Source: Haliotis cracherodii (lineage: Eukaryota). From it: DNA of 64,000 nt. The notes below the pieces were generated by a model. The model saw only the letters and a program-made list of their open reading frames with translations. It was not told the origin of the DNA and did no database searches. The DNA lies in the NCBI RefSeq assembly GCF_022045235.1, contig NW_027266341.1:4898001-4962000 (forward strand), read 5' to 3'. Below, piece by piece: positions 53,029-64,000 of this stretch; the first letter of the stretch is position 1, and every line of letters starts with the position of its first letter. The position numbers and the translations under genes were made by a program.

Positions 53029-53248
53029 GTTGTGCATCGAAGACCTGTTGGAAGTAGCACAGATATACTGCATGTTTCATCTGAATAAATTTACTTACGG
53101 CCTCCGGTTGTGCATCGATGATCTGTTTGAAGTATGACAGTTGGACTGCATGTTTTATCTGAGAAAACTTACTTACGGCTGCTAGTTGAGCATTGATGTT
53201 CTGTTAGAAGTAACAGTTTTACTGCATGTTTCATCTGAATAAACTTAC
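53029..53248. repeat. Diverged ~75-bp triplication containing the ARAP donor site
   Basis: ACTGCATGTTTYATCTGA...ACTTAC three times. Confidence 0.8.
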
Positions 53249-53328
53249 TTTCCTCCTGACCTGCGGCTGTCGATTCCCAGGTAGATAACCATATCTTCTA
53301 CATTCCAGGAGTGCAGCTGATGTGTACC
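53249..53328 (-). CDS. ARAP: ARAP-like exon, PH domain (GTHQLHSWNVEDMVIYLGIDSRRSGG)
   Basis: tttcag / gtaagt; 80 bp, phase 0-2; WxxxxxxxYLG resembles the ARAP C-terminal PH domain. Confidence 0.9.
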
Positions 53329-53861
53329 CTGAAAACATTTTCCTCAGATGAAGTGACCATTGCTTTATTGAACACACCCACATTATCTGTGTGTGGATGT
53401 TGTCATGCTTTAGAAATAAACAGGGTTTGCACATACTTTGTGAGGCCATGAACTATGAGGTCGGTCTTGAAAAGTCCTTTTGTCAAGAAATTGGAAAATG
53501 TGCCTTGAAAATTAATTTTCTGTTTTGTCTGTTTGTTGTTTGTTGCACTCTAATGTTCCAGCTATTTGACAGTGGTCTGTAAATAATCAAGTCTGGCCAA
53601 GACAATCCAATGATTGATATCATGAGCATTAATCTATGCAATTTGGACATGTATTAACCAAGTCAGCAAGTCTGACCACCCGATCCCGTTAGTCGCCTCT
53701 TACGACAAGTATAGTCGTCTTTTAAAGCAAGCATGGGCTGCTGAAGACAGTGTGTGTTGGTGTTGAGTGAAGTCACTGAAATGTCTTGGAAATAACCTGT
53801 TGTTTTGAAAAGTATTTTCTTCAACCTATTAAATGTAATTTGATGCAAGAGAAACATTTAC

Positions 53862-53975
53862 CCTGGAATCTTTGAAACACACCAGTTTCCCCTGTTTTAA
53901 CTGAAAGAAAAACTTGGAGAACTTCTTTTTTTCACTGAACTTGACCTCTCCAATCAAGGCTCGAGATGGATCCAG
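53862..53975 (-). CDS. ARAP: ARAP-like exon, start of last PH domain (LDPSRALIGEVKFSEKKKFSKFFFQLKQGKLVCFKDSR)
   Basis: ttccag / gtaaat; 114 bp, phase 0-0; PH beta1-beta3 pattern. Confidence 0.9.
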
Positions 53976-54564
53976 CTGGAAATAGTCAAATGAAGTCAGA
54001 TGATATAGCATAGATGTGTCAAATCAGTTTTCAGTATCCAAATGAGCCAGTGGTTATTTTGTATAACTGACAAATTCCTCATAAGGCCAAGAGTTTTAGC
54101 CCAAACTAAATACAAGAGGGGGAAAATGCCAGTTACTGATTTTCTTCTGCATTATGCCCACCCACATTTGATGATTCATTGTTTTTTGGGGAAAATGGTT
54201 GGTTGGTTCGTTGTTAAACGCCGCACTCAGCAATATGACGGTGGTCTGTAAATAATCAAGTCTGGACCAGACAATCCAGAGATTGATATCATGAGCATCG
54301 ATCTACACAATTGGGATACGATGACATGCATCAACCAAGTCAGAGAGCCTGACCACCCAAAGCGTTGAACATTGGCAAATAATCTAGCAATAGTCTGAAG
54401 GATGTCAGTCATATGATTTATGTAAACTGAACACTGGGGACCCCCTGTTTACTCTAGCTGTTCAACATGTTCTTGACATCAGTTGTGTTTTTATTCCTGG
54501 TTCAATCATGACTAACTGTGCCAACAATGCTGTTGTAATTGTTGCTGAACACACCAGTTTTATA

Positions 54565-54721
54565 GTGAGTGAGTGAGTGAGTGAGTATGGTTTTACACCG
54601 CTTTTAGCAATACTCTGGGACACCAGAAATGGGCTTCACACATTTTACCCATGTCGGGAATCGAACCAGGGTCTTTGGTGTGACGAGCGAATGCTTTAAC
54701 CACTAGGCTACCCGACCTCCC
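54565..54721 (-). mobile_element. SINE family B copy; a partial copy also lies at ~6693-6810
   Basis: Reverse complement of family B; TSD caccagttttata. Confidence 0.85.
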
Positions 54722-54771
54722 CACCAGTTTTATAAGATTACAATCTCTGTACAGATGTTCACATTACTAAC

Positions 54772-54902
54772 CGCTGACTGTAGTTTCTGCAGCGTCTCCA
54801 AGTTTTTCATGCAGATTTTGGCGTTTGTGCGTATGTCTTCTTCCAGGGTTCCCCATGTTGTCACAACAGGAAGTACAAGTTCCGACAGAGGTAGGGGGCG
54901 CT
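54772..54902 (-). CDS. ARAP: ARAP-like exon, RA domain (ERPLPLSELVLPVVTTWGTLEEDIRTNAKICMKNLETLQKLQSA)
   Basis: tttcag / gttagt; 131 bp, phase 1-0; ERPLxxxExVLxxxxxW motif typical of the ARAP RA domain. Confidence 0.9.
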
Positions 54903-55069
54903 CTGAAATATGTCATCTTTTATTACAGATGTGTGATCAAGTTTGTAATGCTTACAACTATCCTAAATAATCTTTAAAATCATAATATTTACCATCAAAA
55001 TTTCATTGCCTCATAAAATATGTGCAGAAATTCCACGCAAGCATATTTACCATCCTGAGAGTGGCTTAC

Positions 55070-55175
55070 CTAGTGAGCCCTCCAGGATCATCTCGCTCAT
55101 CATGAACTGGCCATTCATATTCTTCTTGCTCTTCACATCCGCGATGAGGGATTGGACGTCATCACAGCTGGATAC
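55070..55175 (-). CDS. ARAP: ARAP-like exon, RA domain (VSSCDDVQSLIADVKSKKNMNGQFMMSEMILEGSL)
   Basis: ttgcag / gtaagc; 106 bp, phase 0-1; joins the next exon to give LERPL. Confidence 0.88.
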
Positions 55176-56741
55176 CTGCAACAACCCAGTCTATTAGTGA
55201 TGTTTAACACCACAGTTAGCAATATTTCAGCTGCAACAACCCAGTCTGCCTGTGATGTTTAACACCACAGTTGGCAATATTCCAGTCATACCATCACAGC
55301 TGGATACCTGCAACAACCCAGTCTGTCAGTGATGTTTAACACCACAGTTGGCAATATTCCAGCTGCAACAACCCAGTCTGTCAGTGATGTTTAACACCAC
55401 AGTTGGCAATATTCCAGCTGCAACAACCCAGTCTATCAGTGATGTTTAACACCACAGTTGGCAATATTCCAGCTGCAACAACCCAGTCTGTCAGTGATGT
55501 TTAACACCACGGCTGGCAATATTCCAGTCATACCATCACAGCTGGATACCTGCAACAACCCAGTCTGTCTGTGATGTTTAACACCACAGTTGGTAATATT
55601 CCAGCTGCAACAACCCAGTCTGTCAGTGATGTTTAACACCACAGTAAGCAATATTCCAGCTGCAACAACCCAGTCTGTCAGTGATGTTTAACACCACAGT
55701 TAGCAATATTCCAGTCATACCATCACAGCTGGATACCTGCAACAACCCAGTCTGTCAGTGATGTTTAACACCACAGTTAGCAATATTCCAGCTGCAACAA
55801 CCCAGTCTGTCAGTGATGTTTAACACCACAGTTGGCAATATTCCAGTCATACCATCACAGCCTGATACCTGCAACAACCCAGTCTGTCAGTGATGTTTAA
55901 CACCACAGTTAGCAATATTTCAGCTGCAACAACCCAGTCTGTCAGTGATGTTTAACACCACAGTTGGCAATATTCCAGTCATACCATCACAGCTGGATAC
56001 CTGCAACAACCCAGTCTGTCAGTGATGTTTAACACCACAGTTGGCAATATTCCAGCTGCAACAACCCAGTCTGTCAGAGATGTTTAACACCACAGTTGGC
56101 AATATTCCAGTCATACCATCACAGCTGGATACCTGCAACAACCTAGACAGTCAGTGATGTTTAACACCACAGTTGGCAATATTTCAGCTGCAACAACCCA
56201 GTCTGTCAGTGATGTTTAACACCACAGTTGGCAATATTTCAGCTGCAACAACCCAGTCTGTCAGTGATGTTTAACACCACAGTTGGCAATATTTCAGCTG
56301 CAACAACCCAGTCTGTCTGTGATGTTTAACACCACAGTTAGCAATATTCCAGTCATACCATCACAGCTGGATACCTGCAACAACCCAGTCTATCAGTGAT
56401 GTTTAACACCACAGTTGGTAATATTCCAGCTGCAACAACCCAGTCTGTCTGTGATGTTTAACACCACAGTTAGCAATATTCCAGTCATACCATCACAGCT
56501 GGATACCTGCAACAACCTAGACAGTCATTGATGTTTAACACCACAGTTGGCAATATTCCAGCTGCAACAACCCAGTCTGTCAGTGATGTTTAACACCACA
56601 GTTGGTAATATTCCAGCTGCAACAACCCAGTCTGTCTGTGATGTTTAACACCACAGTTAGCAATATTCCAGTCATACCATCACAGCTGGATACCTGCAAC
56701 AACCCAGTCGGTCAGTGATGGTTAACACCACAGTTAGCAAT
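55160..56741. repeat. 55/77-bp minisatellite overlapping the acceptor of exon 55070-55175
   Basis: Direct periodicity; long unit contains CATCACAGCTGGATAC|CTGCAACAACCC. Confidence 0.95.
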
Positions 56742-56785
56742 ATGATTTGATTACTTAAGCACAGCTGACCCAGACAATTACTCAC

Positions 56786-56848
56786 TTTGAATGTCTCCTC
56801 AGTATTGTGGACGTAGACTGAGACGATGATACTGTCTATCACAGCAGA
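56786..56848 (-). CDS. ARAP: ARAP-like exon, start of Ras-association (RA) domain (SAVIDSIIVSVYVHNTEETFK)
   Basis: tttcag / gtgagt; 63 bp, phase 0-0. Confidence 0.85.
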
Positions 56849-56915
56849 CTGAAACAATACACATCAAGATAACATCAAGAAAACATCAAGTACCTCATCA
56901 AGTACATCATCAAGT

Positions 56916-57367
56916 ACAAGCTTGCAGTAGTAGAGACATTGTGGCCATCAGATCACCATTATTGGTAACTATAGTGACAAGCTTGCAGTAGTAGAGACAT
57001 TGTGGCCATCAGATCACCATTATTGGTAACTATAGTGACAAGCTTGCAGTAGTAGAGACATTGTGGCCATCAGATCACCATTATTGGTAACTATAGTGAC
57101 AAGCTTGCAGTAGTAGAGACATTGTGGCCATCGGATCACCATTATTGGTAACTATAGTGACAAGCTTGCAGTAGTAGAGACATTGTGGCCATCGGATCAC
57201 CATTATTGGTAACTATAGTGACAAGCTTGCAGTAGTAGAGACATTGTGGCCATCGGATCACCATTATTGGTAACTATAGTGACAAGCTTGCAGTAATAGA
57301 GACATTGTGGCCATCGGATCACCATTATTGGTAACTCTTGTGACAAGCTTGCAGTAGTAGAGACATT
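56916..57367. repeat. 61-bp intronic minisatellite, about 7.4 copies
   Basis: Direct periodicity. Confidence 0.95.
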
Positions 57368-57455
57368 TTCAGGCCAATATTTTCATAAAGTTGAATTATT
57401 CGATAAAATTTGCATGCTACTAGCTATTTCAGGACATAATATTGTGAATACTAAC

Positions 57456-57539
57456 CATCCTCTGTTTCTTCAGCTTCTCTCTTATTTCATTTTCTGCCAT
57501 TGCCATTCTGTCATCTTTCTGCCGTTCTTGTTCTTGGAC
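57456..57539 (-). CDS. ARAP: ARAP-like exon, charged linker (VQEQERQKDDRMAMAENEIREKLKKQRM)
   Basis: gggtag / gttagt; 84 bp, phase 0-0. Confidence 0.82.
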
Positions 57540-58079
57540 CTACCCAAACAGACAAATGTGGCATTCAGATCAGGCCAAAAAGACTGATGTCACATCCATG
57601 GACAGACGAACTGTTGGCAGGCCTATTGTTGTCAGACATTTAGAAAACCTATGAAGATTTTGATATAAACCGCAGATTAGAAAGAGCTGTACTTACAATC
57701 ACTTGTGGACATGTCCAGATTTAAGCTAGATATGTTTGCAAGCACCTGCACAACCAGACAGCATGACCATCAGGTCACATTCTGTAGTTACTTGATACCT
57801 TACCAGTAGAAAGTTGGAAATACCCAGACATTATCAGTAACAGACACATTCTGTGCTGAAATGAATTGTATACAAATACTCTGAACTATTAATGATACAA
57901 ACCAAACACACACAGAAGTACAGGTTGTTGTTCGGCAAACCTAATTGTCTTGCTATCGAAATTGTCCACACCCGATTACTTTCCAGCTGGCCTACTATGA
58001 GCATCTGTTTCGACAAGTATGGTTCCTGGGGACTTACTACATTTACCACAGAGACTGAACATGCTGAGCTGGTATACTT

Positions 58080-58320
58080 TTGCTTCAAGAAATACACTTG
58101 AAGAGGTATTTTTTATGTTAAAACCAATGGTTAAACGACATCTTAGGAAGACACAGGGTAAAACTTATGCTCTATTTGTGGAATCAAAGAAAGTGTTTGA
58201 TCTCGTGGATGGGGTAAGCTATGGTCTGTGATTAAACAGAATGCCATGTCTTCAAAGATGTATGAAGCATTAGAGTCTATTTATGATAGCGTCAAGGCTT
58301 GTGTAAGGGGTAAGTGGGTG
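58080..58320 (+). mobile_element. Non-LTR retrotransposon RT fragment in an ARAP intron
   Basis: KTYALFVESKKVFDLVD...MSSKMYEALESIYDSVKACVR is a degenerate FVDxxKAFDxV region. Confidence 0.7.
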
Positions 58321-58394
58321 ATGTCAGATCAGTCTTAATTCCATTGATCTTCACGGGTTCCCCAATGAAACTTACTTATAAAGATGATGCTTAC

Positions 58395-58481
58395 CTTCAG
58401 AAGGAACTCATGATTCTTGATGATGTCTGTCAACACACCCATTTCTAACGCCAGGGCACTCCCCATGCCAGTGACACACTC
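58395..58481 (-). CDS. ARAP: ARAP-like exon (ECVTGMGSALALEMGVLTDIIKNHEFLLK), end of RhoGAP domain
   Basis: gtttag / gtaagc; 87 bp, phase 0-0, open. Confidence 0.88.
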
Positions 58482-58507
58482 CTAAACAGATGCATAAGAA
58501 ATGAACT

Positions 58508-58771
58508 GAGTGTGAGTGAGTTGGTTTTAACATCATTTTGAACAGTATTCAAGTTATATCGCAGCGTGTCAGATTAATGCAGGAGGAAAGCCCGAAGTGA
58601 TGAAGGTCTCAGACGTTAGCCACTTCGGTGAAACCCACAAGCACGGGTATGGTGCTAGAAACATAATCAGGCCAAACCAGGATTGGAACCCACAATCATA
58701 GATTTCTGGCGTGCCCAAGGGACGCAACAGTAAATCGCGGCGCCTTAGACAACTGGGCCACCCGTGCCCCC
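58508..58771 (-). mobile_element. SINE family C copy; degenerate copies at ~2290-2503, 11390-11580, 46500-46625
   Basis: Reverse complement of 13010-13300; TSD cataagaaatgaa. Confidence 0.85.
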
Positions 58772-59098
58772 TCATAAGAAATGAATCCTGTCAAGATAAA
58801 CTGATAAGGGATTAACATTAGATATTATTGGTTGCCAGCAACAACTTCAACCAGAACACAAGCCATTATATATGCAAAATTTAAGTATCATGATTGGTAT
58901 TGAATCCTGACTCTAGTATCTCAAGAAGCCCTTGAGAAGAAACACTTCCATTAAGACTACACGTGGTGGCTGAGACTTGACAATCAAATTATTTTCCTAC
59001 CTGGTACCCATTAACTGGCTATTGTTTGCTCATTGTTTAATGCTGCACTCAGGGGAGGGGAGGTGAAATGGGGTTTAAAGTTGCATTCATTGCACTTA

Positions 59099-60020
59099 CC
59101 GTATATCGCTGTGTATAAGGCGAGTTTTTCGTACCTAAAGTGAGAGGGCTAAGAAGGGGGGTCGTCTTATACACGGAGTCGAAGAGCTCACATTTTTTTC
59201 CACTGGTGATGTCAACCGGCGTCCGATAGCCAGCCAAGCATTTGACAATAAAACTTCGCATTTCGTCCTAAATAACTGTTCCAATAACTGTTTCCATACA
59301 TAAACATGATTTTTTTTTTGTATCTCTTTTCCTTGAATAAAGTTTAATAATTTCTGCAAATAAAGTTGAAATGACCCTCGCCTCAATGCAGATTGTCAAA
59401 CCACCTGACACGGTAAAACAATCAACATCCGTGAGCAGAGAGCCGGAAGTACCGGTAAGCATTTGCATATTGCACATGTGACCTAACATGTGATAACCGG
59501 TGAAGCTGAAATCAATTCCCGCTGTTTTTACAGTTGTATTAACAAGAGTTGGAGACGGTGTGTACAAGTGATTGTGGAATAAACACGCTGAATGTGAAGC
59601 AAACATAAGCCTAGTTAGTTACAACATAGTTAATTGGCGATTAAATTACTCACCATTGTCTCTTATATGTTATTACTTCATCAATGAATTTTATTTTATG
59701 GGCACCAATTTGGTGTCGTACCGTGTAAACACAAAATTGCGACGTGTGCTGCAGTTACACACGCGACCTATCATTGTAGAAAAAAAACAACGCAAGATAA
59801 ACATATTTTTATTGCATATATAAGGTTTGTGTGCACACTTGTGATGTGTGTGAAATACGCATCAGTCGGAAAGCGCACATTAAATCTTCTATATCAGTCA
59901 GAGTTGTGATTGATTCCCGGTCGCCTTATACACGGAGTATAGGATTTTGGGTTGATTTTTAAGGCGTGTACAGGGGGGTCGTCTTATACGTGGGGTCGCC
60001 TTATACACAGCGATATACAG
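59099..60020. mobile_element. Tc1/mariner-pogo-type MITE
   Basis: TIR CCGTATATCGCTGTGTATAAGGCGA (1 mismatch); TA at 59097-59098 and 60021-60022; internal GTCGYCTTATAC subrepeats. Confidence 0.85.
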
Positions 60021-60398
60021 TATATAATGACGTGCATGCATGTGTGTGTTTGTGTGTGTGTGGCTGCTTTTACTAGTCCGGAGTAACGCTGATTTTTACA
60101 ACCTGCATAGGTTCATCAGAGTTAGCGTTATTGAAAGGGAGTCTAGTGGAGATTCTGGGTTAGAGAAGTTGACTGTGTGTCATCATACCCTTGTCTACAG
60201 CTATTTGGCACAAACTGACACAAAACTGCAGCCATATTATTTCATATGTGTGCAAATCGCAGAAGGAACAATAAATCATTTTTGCTTGTGATTAAGCCAC
60301 ACTTTCACAGGAAATCAAAACGCTAATTTGATGAACACACAATTTTCATGACTGACAATACAACATAACATTCTTCTGAAGGAGGTTCATTGACTCAC

Positions 60399-60486
60399 CA
60401 TATTGTCAGTCCTCATCAGCGACGGGGCGAAGCATGTCGCCAGGTTCTCTTGTGACATGCGGTTCTCACTGTTGAACTGAGACACC
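60399..60486 (-). CDS. ARAP: ARAP-like exon, RhoGAP C-terminal motif (VSQFNSENRMSQENLATCFAPSLMRTDNM)
   Basis: ttccag / gtgagt; 88 bp, in phase with the previous exon; NxMxxxNLAxxFxPxL RhoGAP signature. Confidence 0.93.
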
Positions 60487-61490
60487 CTGGAACAGACAAT
60501 TAGGAAACTAGATCTCACTAAGACATCCTGGAATAGGCAATTTGGACAAAGATCTCACTGAGACATCCTGGAACAGACATTTAAGAAACGAGATCTCACT
60601 GAGACACCCTGGAACAGACAATTAGGAAACTAGATCTCACTGAGACATCCTGGAACAGACAATAAGGAAACTAGATCTCACTAAGACATCTTGGAACAGA
60701 CAATAAGGAAACTAGATCTCACTAAGACATCCTGGAACAGACAATTAGGAAACTAGATCTCACTAAGACATCCTGGAACAGACAATAAGGAAACTAGATC
60801 TAACTGAGACATCCTGGAACAGACAATAAGGAAACTAGATCTCACTAAGACATCCTGGAACAGACAATAAGGAAACTAGATCTCACTAAGACATCCTGGA
60901 ACAGACAATTAGGAAACTAGATCTCACTGAGACATCCTGGAACAGACAATTAAGAAACTAGATCTCAATGAGACAGCTGCGAATAGACAATTAGGAAACT
61001 AGATCTCACTAAGTCATCCTGGAACAGACAATTAGGAAACTAGATCTCACTGAGACATCCTGGAACAGACAATTAGGAAACTAGATCTCACTGAGACATC
61101 CTGGAACAGACAATTAGGAAACTAGATCTCACTAAGACATCCTGGAACAGACAATAAGGAAACTAGATCTAACTGAGACATCCTGGAACAGACAATAAGG
61201 AAACTAGATCTCACTAAGACATCCTGGAACAGACAATAAGGAAACTAGATCTCACTAAGACATCCTGGAACAGACAATTAGGAAACTAGATCTCACTGAG
61301 ACATCCTGGAACAGACAATTAAGAAACTATATCTCACTGAGACAGCTGCGAATAGACAATTAGGAAACTAGATCTCACTAAGACATCCTGGAACAGACAA
61401 TTAGGAAACTAGATCTCACTGAGACATCCTGGAACAGACAATTAGGAAACTAGATCTCACTGAGATATCCTGGAACAGATATATAGGAAA
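60476..61490. repeat. 41-bp minisatellite, about 24 copies, overlapping the acceptor of exon 60399-60486
   Basis: Unit ACTGAGACATCCTGGAACAGACAATTAGGAAACTAGATCTC. Confidence 0.95.
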
Positions 61491-62236
61491 CAAAATCCCA
61501 CCGAGACATAGTCGCTTCTTATGGCAATAATGTGTTGTTGAAGACCTATTCTTACCCGGAATTTTCACAGGGATCACTATTTTTATTTTCATGACACAAG
61601 GGATAGTGATGATTTGTGCTTTAACCAACAGTGACTTACATGCATTTCTATTGGCATCAACATAAGAGAGATACAAGCAACTGTCAGCAGTTAGAATGAT
61701 ATCTTTACCATAAACTGAATAAAAACTGAAATAACAGTAAATAATACACTTTGTCTCTTTCACGATGATTAGATTTGCCAGATAACTTTAAGTTGCACCC
61801 AGACTTGACAAGGGCCACAAGGAATACCATTCTCATAACACCTTAGTTGGAGGGGGACCACTACATTACTCTGCCTCTTTCGTTACCTCTTCAAGTGGCT
61901 TACTGACCAATGATTGGTAAGAACAAAAACAGTGAGTCCACCCATTTGAGATGGACGGAACCCACATATTTCTGGAGAGTTTCGCCGTTGTGGGAAACTG
62001 TGTTGTCACATGACTACATCTGATGTCCACTTACCCACCACAGCATTGAATTTAACTTAATAACAGTCTACAGCAGTTGGAAATTGAATAAGGAATGTGT
62101 AGGTAACCATGGATATAAAGAGTGCTATATTATTATCTACATATCAACCCTTTAGGGAGGTAGGTAAATGACAGATTTGGCTGCATTTTAATGGCCAGAG
62201 GATGTGACGTCATGGCCATAGGCTTCAGCACACTGT

Positions 62237-62742
62237 CAGAGCTCCAGATAAGCTGCGTATCTGCGTGAAATACGCATCAGAAATGAAGAAAAACGCAGTA
62301 AAATAAAATCCAAGCGTATCAAATACGCAACAAACATTACAAATACGCTACAAAAATAAAACTTGAGCGTATCTTCAAAATATTGTGAAGTAACCCTGCG
62401 TATTCGATTAGCAAATCAGCAGCTTATTTTGAAATTATAAACGGGCATTCCGTCAACCTTGCCAAACTCCACGATGATAGTTACATCATGATCATTTGCC
62501 ATCACACTTTCTTGTGGAAGTATTGTGGTATTTTTGAGTCCTATAAAGCTCTCGAACCCGCACGACACAAGTTTGCAGGGCCTAGATGAATAGTGTTTTT
62601 AAATATTTAACTTAAATACCCACATGTGTAAAAACTAGTGGTTAACAGAAATTTAAATACCCAGAGAGAATTACTGATACCCAATGATTTTAAAATGCAT
62701 GGGTAAAATACCCAAAACACCAAAAGCTTATCTGGAGCTCTG
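62237..62742. mobile_element. MITE with 18-bp perfect TIR CAGAGCTCCAGATAAGCT
   Basis: TIR at both ends; subterminal AATACGC / AATACCC repeats; imperfect flanking duplication cactgt/cattgt. Confidence 0.8.
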
Positions 62743-62780
62743 CATTGTGTACGCTGCATGGACAGTTTCTGTAAACTCAC

Positions 62781-62886
62781 CTGTGTAGATGCATCACAAG
62801 TTTCTTGAGAGTGTTGTAGTTGATCATGGGCAGTTTCTCCAGGTGAAAGCGGTACAAGCCAAGCTTGTGAGACTGGTCTCTAACAG
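62781..62886 (-). CDS. ARAP: ARAP-like gene, RhoGAP-domain exon (xVRDQSHKLGLYRFHLEKLPMINYNTLKKLVMHLHR); upstream exons lie beyond the window
   Basis: ttacag acceptor and gtgagt donor; 106 bp, phase 1 to 2; LPxxNYxTLKxLxxHL RhoGAP motif. Confidence 0.9.
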
Positions 62887-63180
62887 CTGTAACATACACA
62901 TGTGATCAGTGAGTGGACCAGCTACATTGAAGGAAACATGCTGATGTGCATTTAGTCTCAAGAATGACAAGTTTTATATCAATGTTATACACTGAAGCTG
63001 ACATCATGTTGTGCAACGCATAGCTTGATTCACGCCACTGATTCGCTGGCATGATAATGGGGCTCTTGGCAACAGTCAACACTTGACCAATGACAACATA
63101 TAACCCAGTTCCACCATCAGTTAATCCACACCATGACCCACTGACAGGTCACAATGACCCAGCATCAGGTCACCATGACC

Positions 63181-63451
63181 CTGGTAGCTCTTACTGTCGG
63201 CCGGCATGAAAGCAACATGGCAGATGAACACATTGTCACAAATAAAGATTATAGGGTCATGGTGTCACATACAGTGTCCGAAGTAACTTCCTGCCCGTGG
63301 CTGGTAGCTCTTACTGTCGGCCAGCATGAAAGCAACATGGCAGATGAACACATTGTCACAAATAAAGATTATAGGGTCATGGTGTCACATACAGTGTCCG
63401 AAGTAACTTCCTGCCCGTGGCTGGTAGCTCTTACTGTCAGGCAGCATGAAA
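63181..63451. repeat. 120-bp near-perfect tandem duplication (2.25 copies)
   Basis: Lines 63181/63301 and 63241/63361 are near-identical. Confidence 0.95.
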
Positions 63452-64000
63452 CTTTCCTTCACTCAGGCAGCTAATTTTAAGATTACTTACGTATTCACTT
63501 TTACTATAACTCCTTGTAGATTCTCAAGAAATTGTTTGCATTATTTCAACTGAATCAAGATGTGATTTGTCTCCTATATTTTGCAATTTTTCAACATTTA
63601 TGGTTCACCTGCCCAACTGTCTTGTTGGATCTTAAATTCTTTTCAAAATCTGTTCACATATGGCGTCATGGGATGGCGTTCCAACAACAGACTGACTATG
63701 CTGTCTCCTCATTGTTCTTCATGTTCTCAGGCAAAAAGAGCACAGCACATTGGACACCTACTCACAACTCGAAATTACGGATTATCGTCTCTCAGCAAGA
63801 CTAGTGAACTTTCAATGGATTCGGTTTGGACAGAAAAATGGTAAACTCATCACTCATATTAAATTTTCAATGTTGATTTGGCACAATGCAGAGGTAGAAA
63901 TTAACAGCATTCAAAAGTGATTTGTACCTGCTACAATAACCTCATTTCTGTGCACTTGTGTAGTCCCTATCGACATGTGGCCTACCCCACCAGACTATAG

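Noticed and set aside
63480-64000. Next upstream ARAP exon (donor-like sites at ~63490 and ~63927)
   Set aside because: Translations lack the expected RhoGAP LKxFLRxLPxPL segment; the exon probably lies beyond the window

Overview
AT-rich animal genomic DNA with spliceosomal introns, not prokaryotic. The SINE, LINE and MITE repertoire suggests a mollusc, possibly a gastropod such as abalone (inference). The right third (50998-62886, minus strand) holds 11 phase-consistent GT-AG exons encoding the C-terminal RhoGAP-RA-PH part of an ARAP (centaurin-delta / RhoGAP15B-like) protein; the gene continues beyond the window. The rest is mostly repeats: about a dozen locus-specific minisatellite arrays (26-77 bp units, roughly a quarter of the window), four SINE families with several nested insertions, a decayed I/Nimb-clade LINE, a Gypsy gag relic, several MITEs, and a ~7.6 kb inverted duplication around a satellite. 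The most unusual observations are: (1) three ARAP tandem arrays that amplify the gene's own splice junctions into many decoy splice sites or potential microexons; (2) a 59-aa ORF/terminal exon with a polybasic + CaaX tail; (3) a SINE whose head is a predicted pseudoknotted RNA rather than a tRNA; (4) a gag-derived 33-bp repeat that reads like a W-amide neuropeptide precursor in another frame. All coordinates were read by eye and nothing was searched against databases.
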